From an uncultured Eubacteriales bacterium (GTDB taxonomy: Bacteria; Bacillota; Clostridia; Oscillospirales; QAKW01), in assembly GCA_964428505.1 (NCBI GenBank), contig CAYRYQ010000001.1, positions 34,446-98,445 on the forward strand: a stretch of DNA of 64,000 nt. The letters run 5' to 3'. The stretch's first letter is position 1. Every line of letters starts with the position of its first letter. The notes beneath the pieces were generated by a model. It saw nothing but the letters and a program-made list of their open reading frames with translations, searched no databases and was not told the origin of the DNA. Made by a program: the position numbers and the translations under genes. This document shows, in pieces, positions 17,207 through 26,535 of this stretch.

Positions 17207-17222
17207 TGTTTCACGTGAAACA
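17207..17222. promoter_or_regulatory. parS: parS site (perfect 16-bp palindrome)
   Basis: TGTTTCACGTGAAACA matches the Firmicute parS consensus TGTTNCACGTGAAACA. Confidence 0.9.
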
Positions 17223-17306
17223 AATTAATTTTGAAAAAGACTTTTATTTTTTTATGAATTATGGTACAATAACTTCCGAATCATATAAGAGGGGAACGAA
17301 GCCATC

Positions 17307-18083
17307 GTGGGGAAAATCATATCCATAACCAATCAAAAGGGCGGCGTCGGAAAAACGACCACCGCAGTAAGCCTCGCGTTTGCGTTGGCGGAAGAAGGGC
17401 AAAAAACACTTTTTGTAGACATTGATCCCCAAGCCAACGGCACCAGCAGCTACGGCATCAACAAGCGCTCCATCCAGCATTCAGTTTATGAGGTTCTGAT
17501 CGGTGCATGCTCGATCCGGGAGGCCGTTATTTCCTCTGCTTATGCGCGTGTGGATCTGCTTCCCACCAACATGAACTTAGCCGGAGCCGAAATCGAAATG
17601 GTTGCCATGGAGAACCGGGAAGGGCTGCTGAAAGCCGCTTTGAATCAAATCCGTCATTTATATGACTATATTATTATCGACTGCCCGCCCTCCTTATCCC
17701 TGTTGACCCTGAACGCCCTGACCGCCTCAAACAGCGTGATCATTCCTCTTCAGCCGGAGTATTTGGCTTTGGAAGGCGTTTCGCAGCTGGTCAACACCAT
17801 CAAGCTGGTCAAAACACGCTACAATCCGGGCCTCTATATCGAAGGGGTGCTGCTCACCATGTATGACGGCCGGATGAACGTGACCATTCAGGTGGCCAAT
17901 GAAATCAAGCGATATTTTGGAAATAAGGTCTATAAAACCACCATCTGCCGCAATGTGCGGCTGTCGGAAGCGCCCAGCCACGGCGTGCCGGTACAGGTAT
18001 ACGACCGGTATTCCAAAGGCGCGCTGGCCTATCGGGAAATGGCGCGAGAATTTTTAGAACAAAACAAGGAGGCGGCGCAATGA
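17307..18083 (+). CDS. parA: chromosome partitioning ATPase ParA/Soj
   Basis: Deviant Walker A in KIISITNQKGGVGKTTT. 258 aa. GTG start. It overlaps the parB start. Confidence 0.95.
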   Translation: MGKIISITNQKGGVGKTTTAVSLAFALAEEGQKTLFVDIDPQANGTSSYGINKRSIQHSVYEVLIGACSIREAVISSAYARVDLLPTNMNLAGAEIEMVAMENREGLLKAALNQIRHLYDYIIIDCPPSLSLLTLNALTASNSVIIPLQPEYLALEGVSQLVNTIKLVKTRYNPGLYIEGVLLTMYDGRMNVTIQVANEIKRYFGNKVYKTTICRNVRLSEAPSHGVPVQVYDRYSKGALAYREMAREFLEQNKEAAQ

Positions 18084-18946
18084 AAAAGGGATTAGGAAAG
18101 GGCCTGGATGCACTTTTTGCCGATAATCTTCTGGAATTGGATGAGAACGGCCAAGAGCTGTCGCGCCTGCGCCTTTCTCAGATTGAGCCGGACAAGTTGC
18201 AGCCCCGGAAACATTTTGACGAAGAGGCCATGAATCAGCTGGCAGAATCGATCAAGGAACACGGGCTGATTCAGCCAATCATCGTCGCGCCGCTGGAAGG
18301 GGAGCGCTACCGCATCATCGCCGGAGAACGGCGCTGGCGCGCCTGCCGGATGGCAGGGTTGGAAATCGTGCCGGTTTTAATCCGGCGTTATACCCCGCAG
18401 GAAATCAGCGAAGTGAGCCTGATCGAAAACCTGCAGAGGGAAGATTTAAACCCGATTGAGGAAGCGCAGGGATATCAGTATTTAACAGAGCAATACGGAC
18501 TGACGCAGGAGCAGATCGCCAAAACCGTTTCCAAATCGCGCTCCGCCATTGCAAACACCCTGAGGCTGCTGAGCTTGCCGGAGCAGCTTTTGGATTACGT
18601 GAAGACTGGGGAGCTTTCCGCAGGACATGCCCGCACATTGCTCCCGATAGAAGATCCGGACACCCAGCTGGCGCTGGCCAACCGGATTATAACAGAGTCC
18701 CTGAGCGTCCGGCAGACAGAAGCGCTGGTTAAAAAAGCCGGACAGGAGCCAAAGGCCGCGTCAACCCCCGACCCCGCCGTTTTGCGCGCCATTCATGAGC
18801 TGGAAGAAAAAGCTTCGGCCCACGTGGGAAACAAAGTGGTCATCCGGCATAAAGACAACAATAACGGGCGTGTGGAAATCAGCTATTATTCCGTGCGGGA
18901 GCTGGAAAAAATCATTGAAATATTAGAAGGAGAGTCTGACAGATGA
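18080..18946 (+). CDS. parB: chromosome partitioning protein ParB/Spo0J
   Basis: 288 aa. GLGKGLDALF N-terminus, GERRWRACRMAG arginine patch, and HTH region. Confidence 0.93.
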   Translation: MKKGLGKGLDALFADNLLELDENGQELSRLRLSQIEPDKLQPRKHFDEEAMNQLAESIKEHGLIQPIIVAPLEGERYRIIAGERRWRACRMAGLEIVPVLIRRYTPQEISEVSLIENLQREDLNPIEEAQGYQYLTEQYGLTQEQIAKTVSKSRSAIANTLRLLSLPEQLLDYVKTGELSAGHARTLLPIEDPDTQLALANRIITESLSVRQTEALVKKAGQEPKAASTPDPAVLRAIHELEEKASAHVGNKVVIRHKDNNNGRVEISYYSVRELEKIIEILEGESDR

Positions 18947-19677
18947 ATAAAGACGAAAAGTCCTTGTTAGACGAATTATGGAACACCGCAGGGCTCAACA
19001 AAGAGCAGGAAAAAATCGATGAACAAGAGGCCGCCGCTGTGAATCAAGAGGATCACAGCGTCAAATCAACGCAAGAAGAAACAGAGCCGACCGTCCAATC
19101 TCCTCCCGTGCAGGAAGATGCCGCCCCGAAAGAGAACCCGCCGGTCCTTCCCGCGCCGGAAGCAGCTTCTTCGGAAAAAAGCGTTCCGGATGAGACAGAA
19201 GCGAAAAAGGACCTTCCGCCCCAACCCAGTAAGACAGGCAGCGAAAAGAAAAAAGATATTAGGTTTCTGGCCATTTACACCACTGTTTTTGTTATCGTCA
19301 TCTCCGGCCTGATCGGCGGAAGCTACCTGATCACTTCCCGCATTCAACGGGAAATGTCTGAAAACAACAACACCATCTCCAGCAGCCAATCCACCTTAAA
19401 AAATATTCAAGATGAAAACGAATCGCTGAAAAAAGAAAACGCCTCTCTTCAGCAAAGCAATGCGGATCTGACCACTGCAAAAAAAGAAAATGACGCGCTT
19501 TTAGAAAGCGTTGGAAATATGGTGGAGCAGGATGAATATCTTGCCGCGGCGCAAAACGCCTATATAAGCGGAAACAAAGCACTGGCCAAAAGCATTCTGA
19601 CGACCATCGACCGGGAAAAGCTTTCCGCTCCCGCTAAAAATTACTATGACGCGCTGAAAGCCAAGCTGGGGTCCTGA
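18943..19677 (+). CDS. hypothetical bitopic membrane protein (acidic Pro/Glu-rich N-terminal region, one TM helix, C-terminal coiled coil)
   Basis: Its ATG overlaps the parB stop (ATGA). The TM helix is [23 protein letters not shown], preceded by KKKDIR. The C-terminal part is heptad-like ([33 protein letters not shown]). I recognise no family. Confidence 0.6.
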   Translation: MNKDEKSLLDELWNTAGLNKEQEKIDEQEAAAVNQEDHSVKSTQEETEPTVQSPPVQEDAAPKENPPVLPAPEAASSEKSVPDETEAKKDLPPQPSKTGSEKKKDIRFLAIYTTVFVIVISGLIGGSYLITSRIQREMSENNNTISSSQSTLKNIQDENESLKKENASLQQSNADLTTAKKENDALLESVGNMVEQDEYLAAAQNAYISGNKALAKSILTTIDREKLSAPAKNYYDALKAKLGS

Positions 19678-19682
19678 TCCGG

Positions 19683-20144
19683 ATGAAAACAGTAACCATT
19701 TATTCAGACGGAGCCTGTAGCGGAAACCCCGGCCCCGGCGGATACGGAACCATTCTGGTCTACCAGGGGAAAGAGAAAGAGCTCAGCGGGGGAGAGACAC
19801 ACACCACCAATAACCGGATGGAACTTTTGGCGGCCATTGTCGGATTGGAGCAGCTCAAAGAATCCTGCGCCGTGACATTGGTCAGCGACTCCCGCTATTT
19901 GTGCGAAAGCATTGAGAAAGGCTGGGTCTTTCAGTGGGAGCAGAACGGCTGGCGCAAAGCAGATAAGAAGCCCGCGCTGAACCGGGATCTGTGGGAGAGA
20001 ATGCTTCCACAGTTGCGCCGGCACCAGGTGACCATTCAGTGGGTGAAGGGCCACGCGGGGCACACCTATAACGAGCGGTGCGACCAACTGGCGGTTTCCG
20101 CTTATGCCACGATTAAACAGAAAGGAAGGAATTTCATAAAATGA
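19683..20144 (+). CDS. rnhA: ribonuclease HI
   Basis: 153 aa. [24 protein letters not shown] and [18 protein letters not shown] are canonical RNase H1 motifs. Confidence 0.93.
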   Translation: MKTVTIYSDGACSGNPGPGGYGTILVYQGKEKELSGGETHTTNNRMELLAAIVGLEQLKESCAVTLVSDSRYLCESIEKGWVFQWEQNGWRKADKKPALNRDLWERMLPQLRRHQVTIQWVKGHAGHTYNERCDQLAVSAYATIKQKGRNFIK

Positions 20145-21643
20145 AACGCATAGTTGCCATCATCATCGGGCTGGTGCTCCTTACGAGCCTTTCCGCCTGC
20201 AAGCCAGATAATATCACTTACCCCTCCGTCATTAATAATTCCAATGACAGCAGCGAGCCCGAAAAAGAAACGCAGTCCGGAACCGCCCAGACGGGTGAAG
20301 TGACCGGAACAACGACAAAAGAGAAGACCCAGGAGAACGCAGCAACAACCACGCAAGGGAACGCGGAAGCCACGGAGGCGGAGAAAATCACCCAGCAGAG
20401 CGCGGAAGCGCTTACCGGCGCTTCCGGAAATCCGTTGGCGCTTGCCACTTTTGTCCCGTCGGCAACCGAAAAATCGGTTTTGGGTTTCAGCGGCCTGATC
20501 AAAGGAGCTGCGCAGACCATTTTAAAAAACAAGGCGATCACCCTTTATACCGCCAGCGAGCTGCCCGCCTTTTCCTATAAAGATGCCGATAATAATACCG
20601 TAACGGAATGGGATTGGTTTACCAAGGCCGCGGCAGCGAATGGATTTGTGTTAAAATATACGGTTAAAAATGAATCGGTGTCCCTCAAAGCCCAGCGGGT
20701 TGCACTCTTCGCGGGAAAGAAGCTATCGCTGATTCAAATGACTGCCGACAATCTGGCCGCAGGAATGACGCTTTCCACCTCCGCCTCCGGCTTTTTAAAC
20801 CTCGACAATACCAGTTACGGAATCAGTAAGGCCATCTTAACCCAGAGCAACCAAACCCTGTTTGCCCCGATCGGCAATATCAATGCGCTCTGGTATAACA
20901 CCGCATTGATGCCAAGCGGCAAAGATCCCGCCACCTTATATAAAAACGGACAATGGACCATCGATCAGTTCAAGGAAATCAGCAATAAAAATGCGGAAAG
21001 CAAAATTGTTCCGTTCATCATTAAAGAAACACTGGCCTTCGGCCTGATCAGCGGAAAGAGCCCGCTGACGCTGCTGAATGGAAAACTGGACAGCAACATC
21101 AACGCCAAAGCGACACATCCGGTATGGTCTGCACTGCGAAATCTTAACAGCCAGCTGCCCACCTTTGTAAAGGAAGAGGACACCAAGTACTCCTTAAAAG
21201 AAGGCACCGTAGCGATGGAATATACCACCCAACCGGAGAAAAATGAAAAAATGAAGCTTTCCTATGCCCCGCTTCCGGCGCTGGAAGCAGGAGGCCCCAC
21301 CGCAACCAGCTTCACCGGGACCTTTTTTGCCCTTCCCAAATATGAGGTCAGCGAATCAACCCAGTTGGCGGCGTTGACTTTCGCCGAGCTCTGGTGTAAC
21401 CGTTATGCGGAAGCCCGCGCCGGACAGCTGCTCGCCCTTAATATCCTCGGCAGCGGTTATCAGGCCTATGCCGGTCTGGCAGAAAACACCGGAGGGCTGA
21501 TCTATCACAGCGACGCCATCGAAGAGATGATCGCGACGTATCTGTCTGGGATTACAGACGCAAAGGTCGACATGGACACCGCCTATACTGCGGTCAGTGA
21601 TCAGCTCAATGCGTTTATTGCCACACAAAATCTTTATTATTAA
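20141..21643 (+). CDS. hypothetical lipoprotein (possibly solute-binding-like)
   Basis: Lipobox LLTSLSAC, then a low-complexity T/E/Q linker. Its start overlaps the rnhA stop (ATGA). Confidence 0.6.
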   Translation: MKRIVAIIIGLVLLTSLSACKPDNITYPSVINNSNDSSEPEKETQSGTAQTGEVTGTTTKEKTQENAATTTQGNAEATEAEKITQQSAEALTGASGNPLALATFVPSATEKSVLGFSGLIKGAAQTILKNKAITLYTASELPAFSYKDADNNTVTEWDWFTKAAAANGFVLKYTVKNESVSLKAQRVALFAGKKLSLIQMTADNLAAGMTLSTSASGFLNLDNTSYGISKAILTQSNQTLFAPIGNINALWYNTALMPSGKDPATLYKNGQWTIDQFKEISNKNAESKIVPFIIKETLAFGLISGKSPLTLLNGKLDSNINAKATHPVWSALRNLNSQLPTFVKEEDTKYSLKEGTVAMEYTTQPEKNEKMKLSYAPLPALEAGGPTATSFTGTFFALPKYEVSESTQLAALTFAELWCNRYAEARAGQLLALNILGSGYQAYAGLAENTGGLIYHSDAIEEMIATYLSGITDAKVDMDTAYTAVSDQLNAFIATQNLYY

Positions 21644-21645
21644 CC

Positions 21646-21685
21646 AAAACCGCTTCCGCGAGATCATTCACGGAAGCGGTTTTGA
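21646..21685 (+). terminator. rho-independent terminator ending the par-rnhA-lipoprotein unit
   Basis: aaaaccgcttccg / cggaagcggtttt stem with a 12-nt loop. Confidence 0.75.
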
Positions 21686-21803
21686 CTATTATTGCCAAAT
21701 TTAATCCACACCGTGTTGTTTTTTGTTGTCATAAAACCATTTTTTTATCAATAAATGCATGTTATAATAAAAATAATGCGAATTTGATAAAGGAGAACTT
21801 GCC

Positions 21804-24800
21804 ATGAAACAACGGTGGATTTGCTTTACGTCTCTCTTTTCAGCTCTTTTGTTGCTGTGCAGTTTTCTGCCGGCCCTGGCCGCATCAAACAGCGCCTTGG
21901 GGGCCGCGGCCCCTGCCAGCATGAAATTATGGGCATCTCCCACCGGAAGCAGCCCGTCAGAAACACGCCCGATCAGCGCGGTTCAATGGTGGTATAGTTC
22001 CGACGACGGAAGCTACTATCTATTCCTGCCGGCAGAAGCCGACACCGGCAGCCTGCAGATCTGGCTGGAAGGCGCGGTAAACTACGCGGTCGACGGCCTT
22101 TCCGTCTGTAACGGGGACGTGGTTGCACTGCTGCAGCAAGGCGCCCATACAGTGCAGTTTGACGGGCGGGGATATCCGCTCACCGTCATGAAATCCGCCA
22201 ATATTCCGGCCATGTATATCACAACGGAATCCGGGAGCATGAGCTATATAAACGCGGTAAAAGGGAACGAAGAAGAAGGGGCCCTGCGGATGGTCAGCGC
22301 CACCGGCAAGATCATATACAACAATACCCTGACCCAGATCAAAGGGCGGGGAAACGCCACCTGGAATAAGCCCAAAAAGCCGTATCAGATCAAATTGAAT
22401 AAATCTACTGACTTGATCGGCGCGGGAAGCAACAAAACCTGGATTCTTCTGGCGAACTACAGTGAACGCTCGCTGATCCGCAACAAGATTACTTATGATC
22501 TTGCCAAAAGCGCCGGCCTTCCCAACACCACTCAATCGATCTTTGTGGATTTATACTGCAACAATCAATATATGGGAAACTATCAGCTTTGTGAAAAAGT
22601 TCAGATCAACAATAACCGCATCGAAATCAACGATCTGGAGGGGGCAACGGAAGACTGCAATGTAAACGCGCCGAGCAGTTACCCCCGCTTTGGCTCCAAC
22701 GTTGCCGTGATCGGGTCCAGCAAGGGCTACGAAATCCCCAGCAACCCCGATGATATTACCGGCGGATATCTGCTGGAGCTGGAATATAAAGACCGCTACG
22801 AAGCGGAGGTCAGCGGCTTTGTGACCAGCCGGGGCCAGCCGGTCGTCATTAAAGAGCCGGAATGTGCTTCCCGCGAGCAGGTTGCCTATATTTCGCAGTA
22901 TTTTCAGGAATTTGAAGACGCGCTTTACGCGCCGGACGGAATTAATCCAACCACCAGGAAAAGCTTTGACGAATATTTTGATCTTACCTCTCTGGCGCGC
23001 AAATATATCATTGAGGAGTTCAGCAAGAACATCGACGCCAATGTCACCAGCCAGTATTTCTATAAACCCTCCGACAAAGAATCCGCCATCGGCTATTGTG
23101 GCCCGGTCTGGGACTATGACAACGCCCTTGGAAATATGAAAGGCGCCACCACAACAACCGGAATCTATGCCGGCGCCAAAAAGGGATATACCTATTATTT
23201 CTATCAGCTCTATCAGCAGAAATCCTTTTTAAACGCCGTGCGGGCAGAATGGAATATTCACTTTGTTCCGCTGATCTCCATGTGCATCGGCGACAGCGCC
23301 GCAAACAGCAACACCCTGCTGCGGCCGATGAGCGAGTATTACCAGGAATTAAGCCCCTCCGCCGCCATGAACTTCAAATATTGGAACATTTTAAATACGC
23401 TCACCACATCCGGCAACGATACCGGCAGAACCTATGAAGAAAACTACACCTATTTAAGAACCTTCATGCAAGGCCGCGCCGCCTACCTGACGTCGGTCTG
23501 GAAGCTGGCGGATATCCATAGCCTGACTCCTGCCGCCTCCGCCGCCGAATCGCAGGGATTCCTTAATATTCTGGACTATACCGGCGCCGCTGGCACCTAT
23601 ATTGTCGACAGTGAAGCAGCCCTGCAAAAAGCGGCAGACCTGGTCTCTGGCGGAAAGCCTTTAAAAGGCGTGACCCTTCTTCAAACCGCCGATATCGTCC
23701 TGACCAAAGGCTTCACGCCCGGAGGGTCGGTTACCGGCAGCAGTCTTAACAGTCTGGACACGGTTTTTAAGGGCACCTATAACGGCCAAGGGTATGCTAT
23801 CCAAAATTTGAACATTTCTGCGCCGACACAAAACGGTGTTGGCATCTTCGCCGCCTCCTATCAGGCCGCTTTCCGGGATCTCCACATTACCGACGGCACG
23901 GTTCTCGGCAATAACCGGGTGGCCGCGCTGACCGGCTACGGGGACCAATGCACTTTTCTTCGCTGCAGCAACGGCGCCGCCATTACCTCCAACGGAGGAA
24001 CAGATGGAACCGCCGGGTTAGCCGGGGTCGCCCGGGAAGGCGCCGTCTTTACCTCCTGCTATAATACCGGCCCCGTTTCAGCGGGAACCGCTGCCGGCGG
24101 ACTCGTCGGCTGGGGGCAAACCAACATCACCTTAACCAACTGCTATAACGCCGGAACCATTTCCTCCAAAGATTCCGCCGCGCTTGCCCGCACCGGAGCG
24201 GTGTTGAATTTTGCCGGAAACTATTATTGGGACGGCTGCGGCAGCAGTGATAAAAATGGTGCCCAAAGCTTTTCTGCTTCCGCGCTGACCGATTCTTCCC
24301 TGACCGGGCAGTTAAACGCCGGCAGCAATGTCTGGGCACAGACCGCTCTTTTCCCGGCTCTTCGGGAGGGAGCACGGGCCAATCTGGTCCGGTTGACCAA
24401 AGAATACACCACAGACGGACGTGTCCTCAACACCAAAGTCGTCTATTACCCCAAAGGGACACCAGTAACCCTCATGCCGGATAATCAAAACTTTTTAGAG
24501 GAAATCCGGCTGGACGGCGTGCCGCTGACTGCAGAAAAGGCCACCCTGGAAACCGATCACCTTCTTTCCATCGCCCTTTCCGTGGATGCGCAGAATATTT
24601 TTGATTATTCCGGAAACGGAAGCTACTATATCTCCACTCCGGAAGAACTGGAAGCATTTTTGAGCCTCAGCCGGGAACAAGATCTGAGCGGCTCCTGGTT
24701 TTATTTAATCAACGACGTCAACGCCCAAAACATCACGCAAAGCGGCGGGAATTTCGGCGGACATTTGAACGGAAAATTCAGCCAGATCAATGCACTTTCG

Positions 24801-25556
24801 GTTCCGTTATTCCAGTCGGTCACAGACAGCGGGGATGTGCGCAAATGCACGATCAAAAACAGCGATCTGACCGGAGAAGGAGCCATCGCTTTAATCAATA
24901 ACGGCAAAATTTCCTATATCACCACGCAAAACACGGTGATTAACGGTCAAAACCCCGGCGGAATCGCCGGCATGAATAACGGCATCATTGCCGCCTGCTC
25001 TGCCGACGGCAATATTATCGGGCAGGGGAATGTTGGCGGCGTTGCCGGCAGCAATGCCGGAACCATCAAAAATTGCTATAACAGCGCCCGTTTAATCACC
25101 GCAGCGACAGCCGCGGGAATCGCGCCGGCCGATGGCGGAACCATTGCGGATTGCTATAACCGGGGCATCCTGACGGGGAGCGACGAATGGGCCATCTCCC
25201 AAAATAGTTTTACAAACTGTTTTCAATGGGATTGGGCGATGGGGAACACCCTGAATGTCACCACCTGCACCAGCGCCGATCTGGCCAATAACACGATTCT
25301 TTCCGCCCTGCCAAGTCTTTATTGGAAATCGGGAACCGCCAGCCCCGCACTGATTGCCGTTTCTTATGAGCTGGGAGACGCCGACGGAGACGACCGCGTC
25401 ACCCTTTCAGACGCGGTGCTGCTGCTGCGCTACCTGAATGACTTAATACCGGCAGATCAGTTGAATCTTCAGGCGGCCGATGTCAACGGCAACGGTTTTT
25501 CCATCGGAGATGCCGTGCGTCTTATGCAATATCTGAGCAGCTGTTATGACTTTTAA
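21804..25556 (+). CDS. large secreted CotH-domain protein with GLUG-type repeats and C-terminal type I dockerin
   Basis: 1250 aa with a signal peptide. The CotH-like region includes IKGRGNATWNKPKKPYQIKL and NKTWILLANYSERSLIRNKITYDL. GG(L/I/V)(A/V)G repeats are present. The dockerin loops are DADGDDRVTLSD and DVNGNGFSIGD. Confidence 0.8.
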   Translation: MKQRWICFTSLFSALLLLCSFLPALAASNSALGAAAPASMKLWASPTGSSPSETRPISAVQWWYSSDDGSYYLFLPAEADTGSLQIWLEGAVNYAVDGLSVCNGDVVALLQQGAHTVQFDGRGYPLTVMKSANIPAMYITTESGSMSYINAVKGNEEEGALRMVSATGKIIYNNTLTQIKGRGNATWNKPKKPYQIKLNKSTDLIGAGSNKTWILLANYSERSLIRNKITYDLAKSAGLPNTTQSIFVDLYCNNQYMGNYQLCEKVQINNNRIEINDLEGATEDCNVNAPSSYPRFGSNVAVIGSSKGYEIPSNPDDITGGYLLELEYKDRYEAEVSGFVTSRGQPVVIKEPECASREQVAYISQYFQEFEDALYAPDGINPTTRKSFDEYFDLTSLARKYIIEEFSKNIDANVTSQYFYKPSDKESAIGYCGPVWDYDNALGNMKGATTTTGIYAGAKKGYTYYFYQLYQQKSFLNAVRAEWNIHFVPLISMCIGDSAANSNTLLRPMSEYYQELSPSAAMNFKYWNILNTLTTSGNDTGRTYEENYTYLRTFMQGRAAYLTSVWKLADIHSLTPAASAAESQGFLNILDYTGAAGTYIVDSEAALQKAADLVSGGKPLKGVTLLQTADIVLTKGFTPGGSVTGSSLNSLDTVFKGTYNGQGYAIQNLNISAPTQNGVGIFAASYQAAFRDLHITDGTVLGNNRVAALTGYGDQCTFLRCSNGAAITSNGGTDGTAGLAGVAREGAVFTSCYNTGPVSAGTAAGGLVGWGQTNITLTNCYNAGTISSKDSAALARTGAVLNFAGNYYWDGCGSSDKNGAQSFSASALTDSSLTGQLNAGSNVWAQTALFPALREGARANLVRLTKEYTTDGRVLNTKVVYYPKGTPVTLMPDNQNFLEEIRLDGVPLTAEKATLETDHLLSIALSVDAQNIFDYSGNGSYYISTPEELEAFLSLSREQDLSGSWFYLINDVNAQNITQSGGNFGGHLNGKFSQINALSVPLFQSVTDSGDVRKCTIKNSDLTGEGAIALINNGKISYITTQNTVINGQNPGGIAGMNNGIIAACSADGNIIGQGNVGGVAGSNAGTIKNCYNSARLITAATAAGIAPADGGTIADCYNRGILTGSDEWAISQNSFTNCFQWDWAMGNTLNVTTCTSADLANNTILSALPSLYWKSGTASPALIAVSYELGDADGDDRVTLSDAVLLLRYLNDLIPADQLNLQAADVNGNGFSIGDAVRLMQYLSSCYDF

Positions 25557-25637
25557 ACGTTTGTTATAAAAAGCGCCTTGGGCAGGGAAGTACAGATGGA
25601 ATCCCGAGCAAGGCAGACCACCTGTTGAATTCCAAAA

Positions 25638-25686
25638 GGGCGATCCGCCCGCATGCTGCCGGCGGATCGTCCTTTCTTTTTTTCCT
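25638..25686 (+). terminator. rho-independent terminator
   Basis: gggcgatccgcc / ggcggatcgtcc stem with one G-U pair, followed by a long T-rich tract. Confidence 0.75.
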
Positions 25687-25764
25687 TTTATCTTTTCTGT
25701 GCCCTTGCATATTTTTTCTGCTCCTTTACACACTAAGAGGGAATAAGGAAAGGAGCCTAACTAA

Positions 25765-26301
25765 ATGGAACTGAAGGGAAGCAAAACCGAAGCCAATCTG
25801 ATGGCGGCCTTTGCGGGGGAATCTCAGGCCCGCAACAAATATACCTATTACGCTGCAAAAGCCAAAGAGGATGGATACGAGCAGATCGCCACACTTTTTG
25901 AAGAAACGGCTCACAATGAAAAGGAGCATGCGGAAATCTGGTTCAAGCTGCTGCACAACGGATCGGGATCCACCACGCCCAATCTGGAGGATGCCGCCAA
26001 AGGGGAACGGTATGAATGGACGGAACTATATCCCACCTTCGCAAGAGAAGCGCGGGAAGAAGGATTCACCGAGATCGGCTATCTGTTTGACGCGGTGGCA
26101 GAAATTGAAAAAACGCATGAAAACCGTTTTATGAAATTACAGCAAAACACAGAAAATCAATTGGTTTTTCAGCGATCGGATTCCGTGGTTTGGATCTGCC
26201 GCAACTGCGGGCATGTTCATGTGGGGCAAAAAGCACCGGAACGCTGCCCGGTCTGCAAGCATCCGCAAGCCTTTTTTCAATTGCGGGAAGAGAATTATTA
26301 A
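25765..26301 (+). CDS. rbr: rubrerythrin
   Basis: 178 aa. Diiron ferritin-like N-terminal domain (TEANLMAAFAGESQARNKY) plus a C-terminal rubredoxin-like CRNCGH...CPVCKHP. Confidence 0.95.
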   Translation: MELKGSKTEANLMAAFAGESQARNKYTYYAAKAKEDGYEQIATLFEETAHNEKEHAEIWFKLLHNGSGSTTPNLEDAAKGERYEWTELYPTFAREAREEGFTEIGYLFDAVAEIEKTHENRFMKLQQNTENQLVFQRSDSVVWICRNCGHVHVGQKAPERCPVCKHPQAFFQLREENY

Positions 26302-26535
26302 AGCAACCGGACAAAACTATGCCGCCTGTCTGCATCTGTCAAGATACAAACAGGCGGCATAGATGCTCTATGCAAAAAACAGGGTTCGCAATCTTTTTTA
26401 CCGATGGGCAGCAATCACGCTCTTGCTTTCGTAAATGCTGCTGTTTCCCGCTTCTTTTGCGGGCAGGTGCTTTTTAACGTGCGAGCAGCGCGCAAGAAAC
26501 TTTTTAGAATTCCTGCGCGCTGCTGCTTCATTCAT

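Noticed and set aside
26317-26362. Hairpin ctatgccgcctgt ... acaggcggcatag after rubrerythrin, considered as a terminator feature
   Set aside because: It has a 13-bp perfect stem but a 20-nt loop and no T-run afterwards. It is plausible but too weak for the feature list.
26484-26524. 11-bp GC-rich inverted repeat (agcagcgcgca ... tgcgcgctgct) at the right edge of the plus-strand block, considered as an inversion-boundary repeat or the ftsK terminator
   Set aside because: No matching sequence exists at the left boundary (15559-15690), and there is no U-tract on the minus strand. It is probably a weak structure only.
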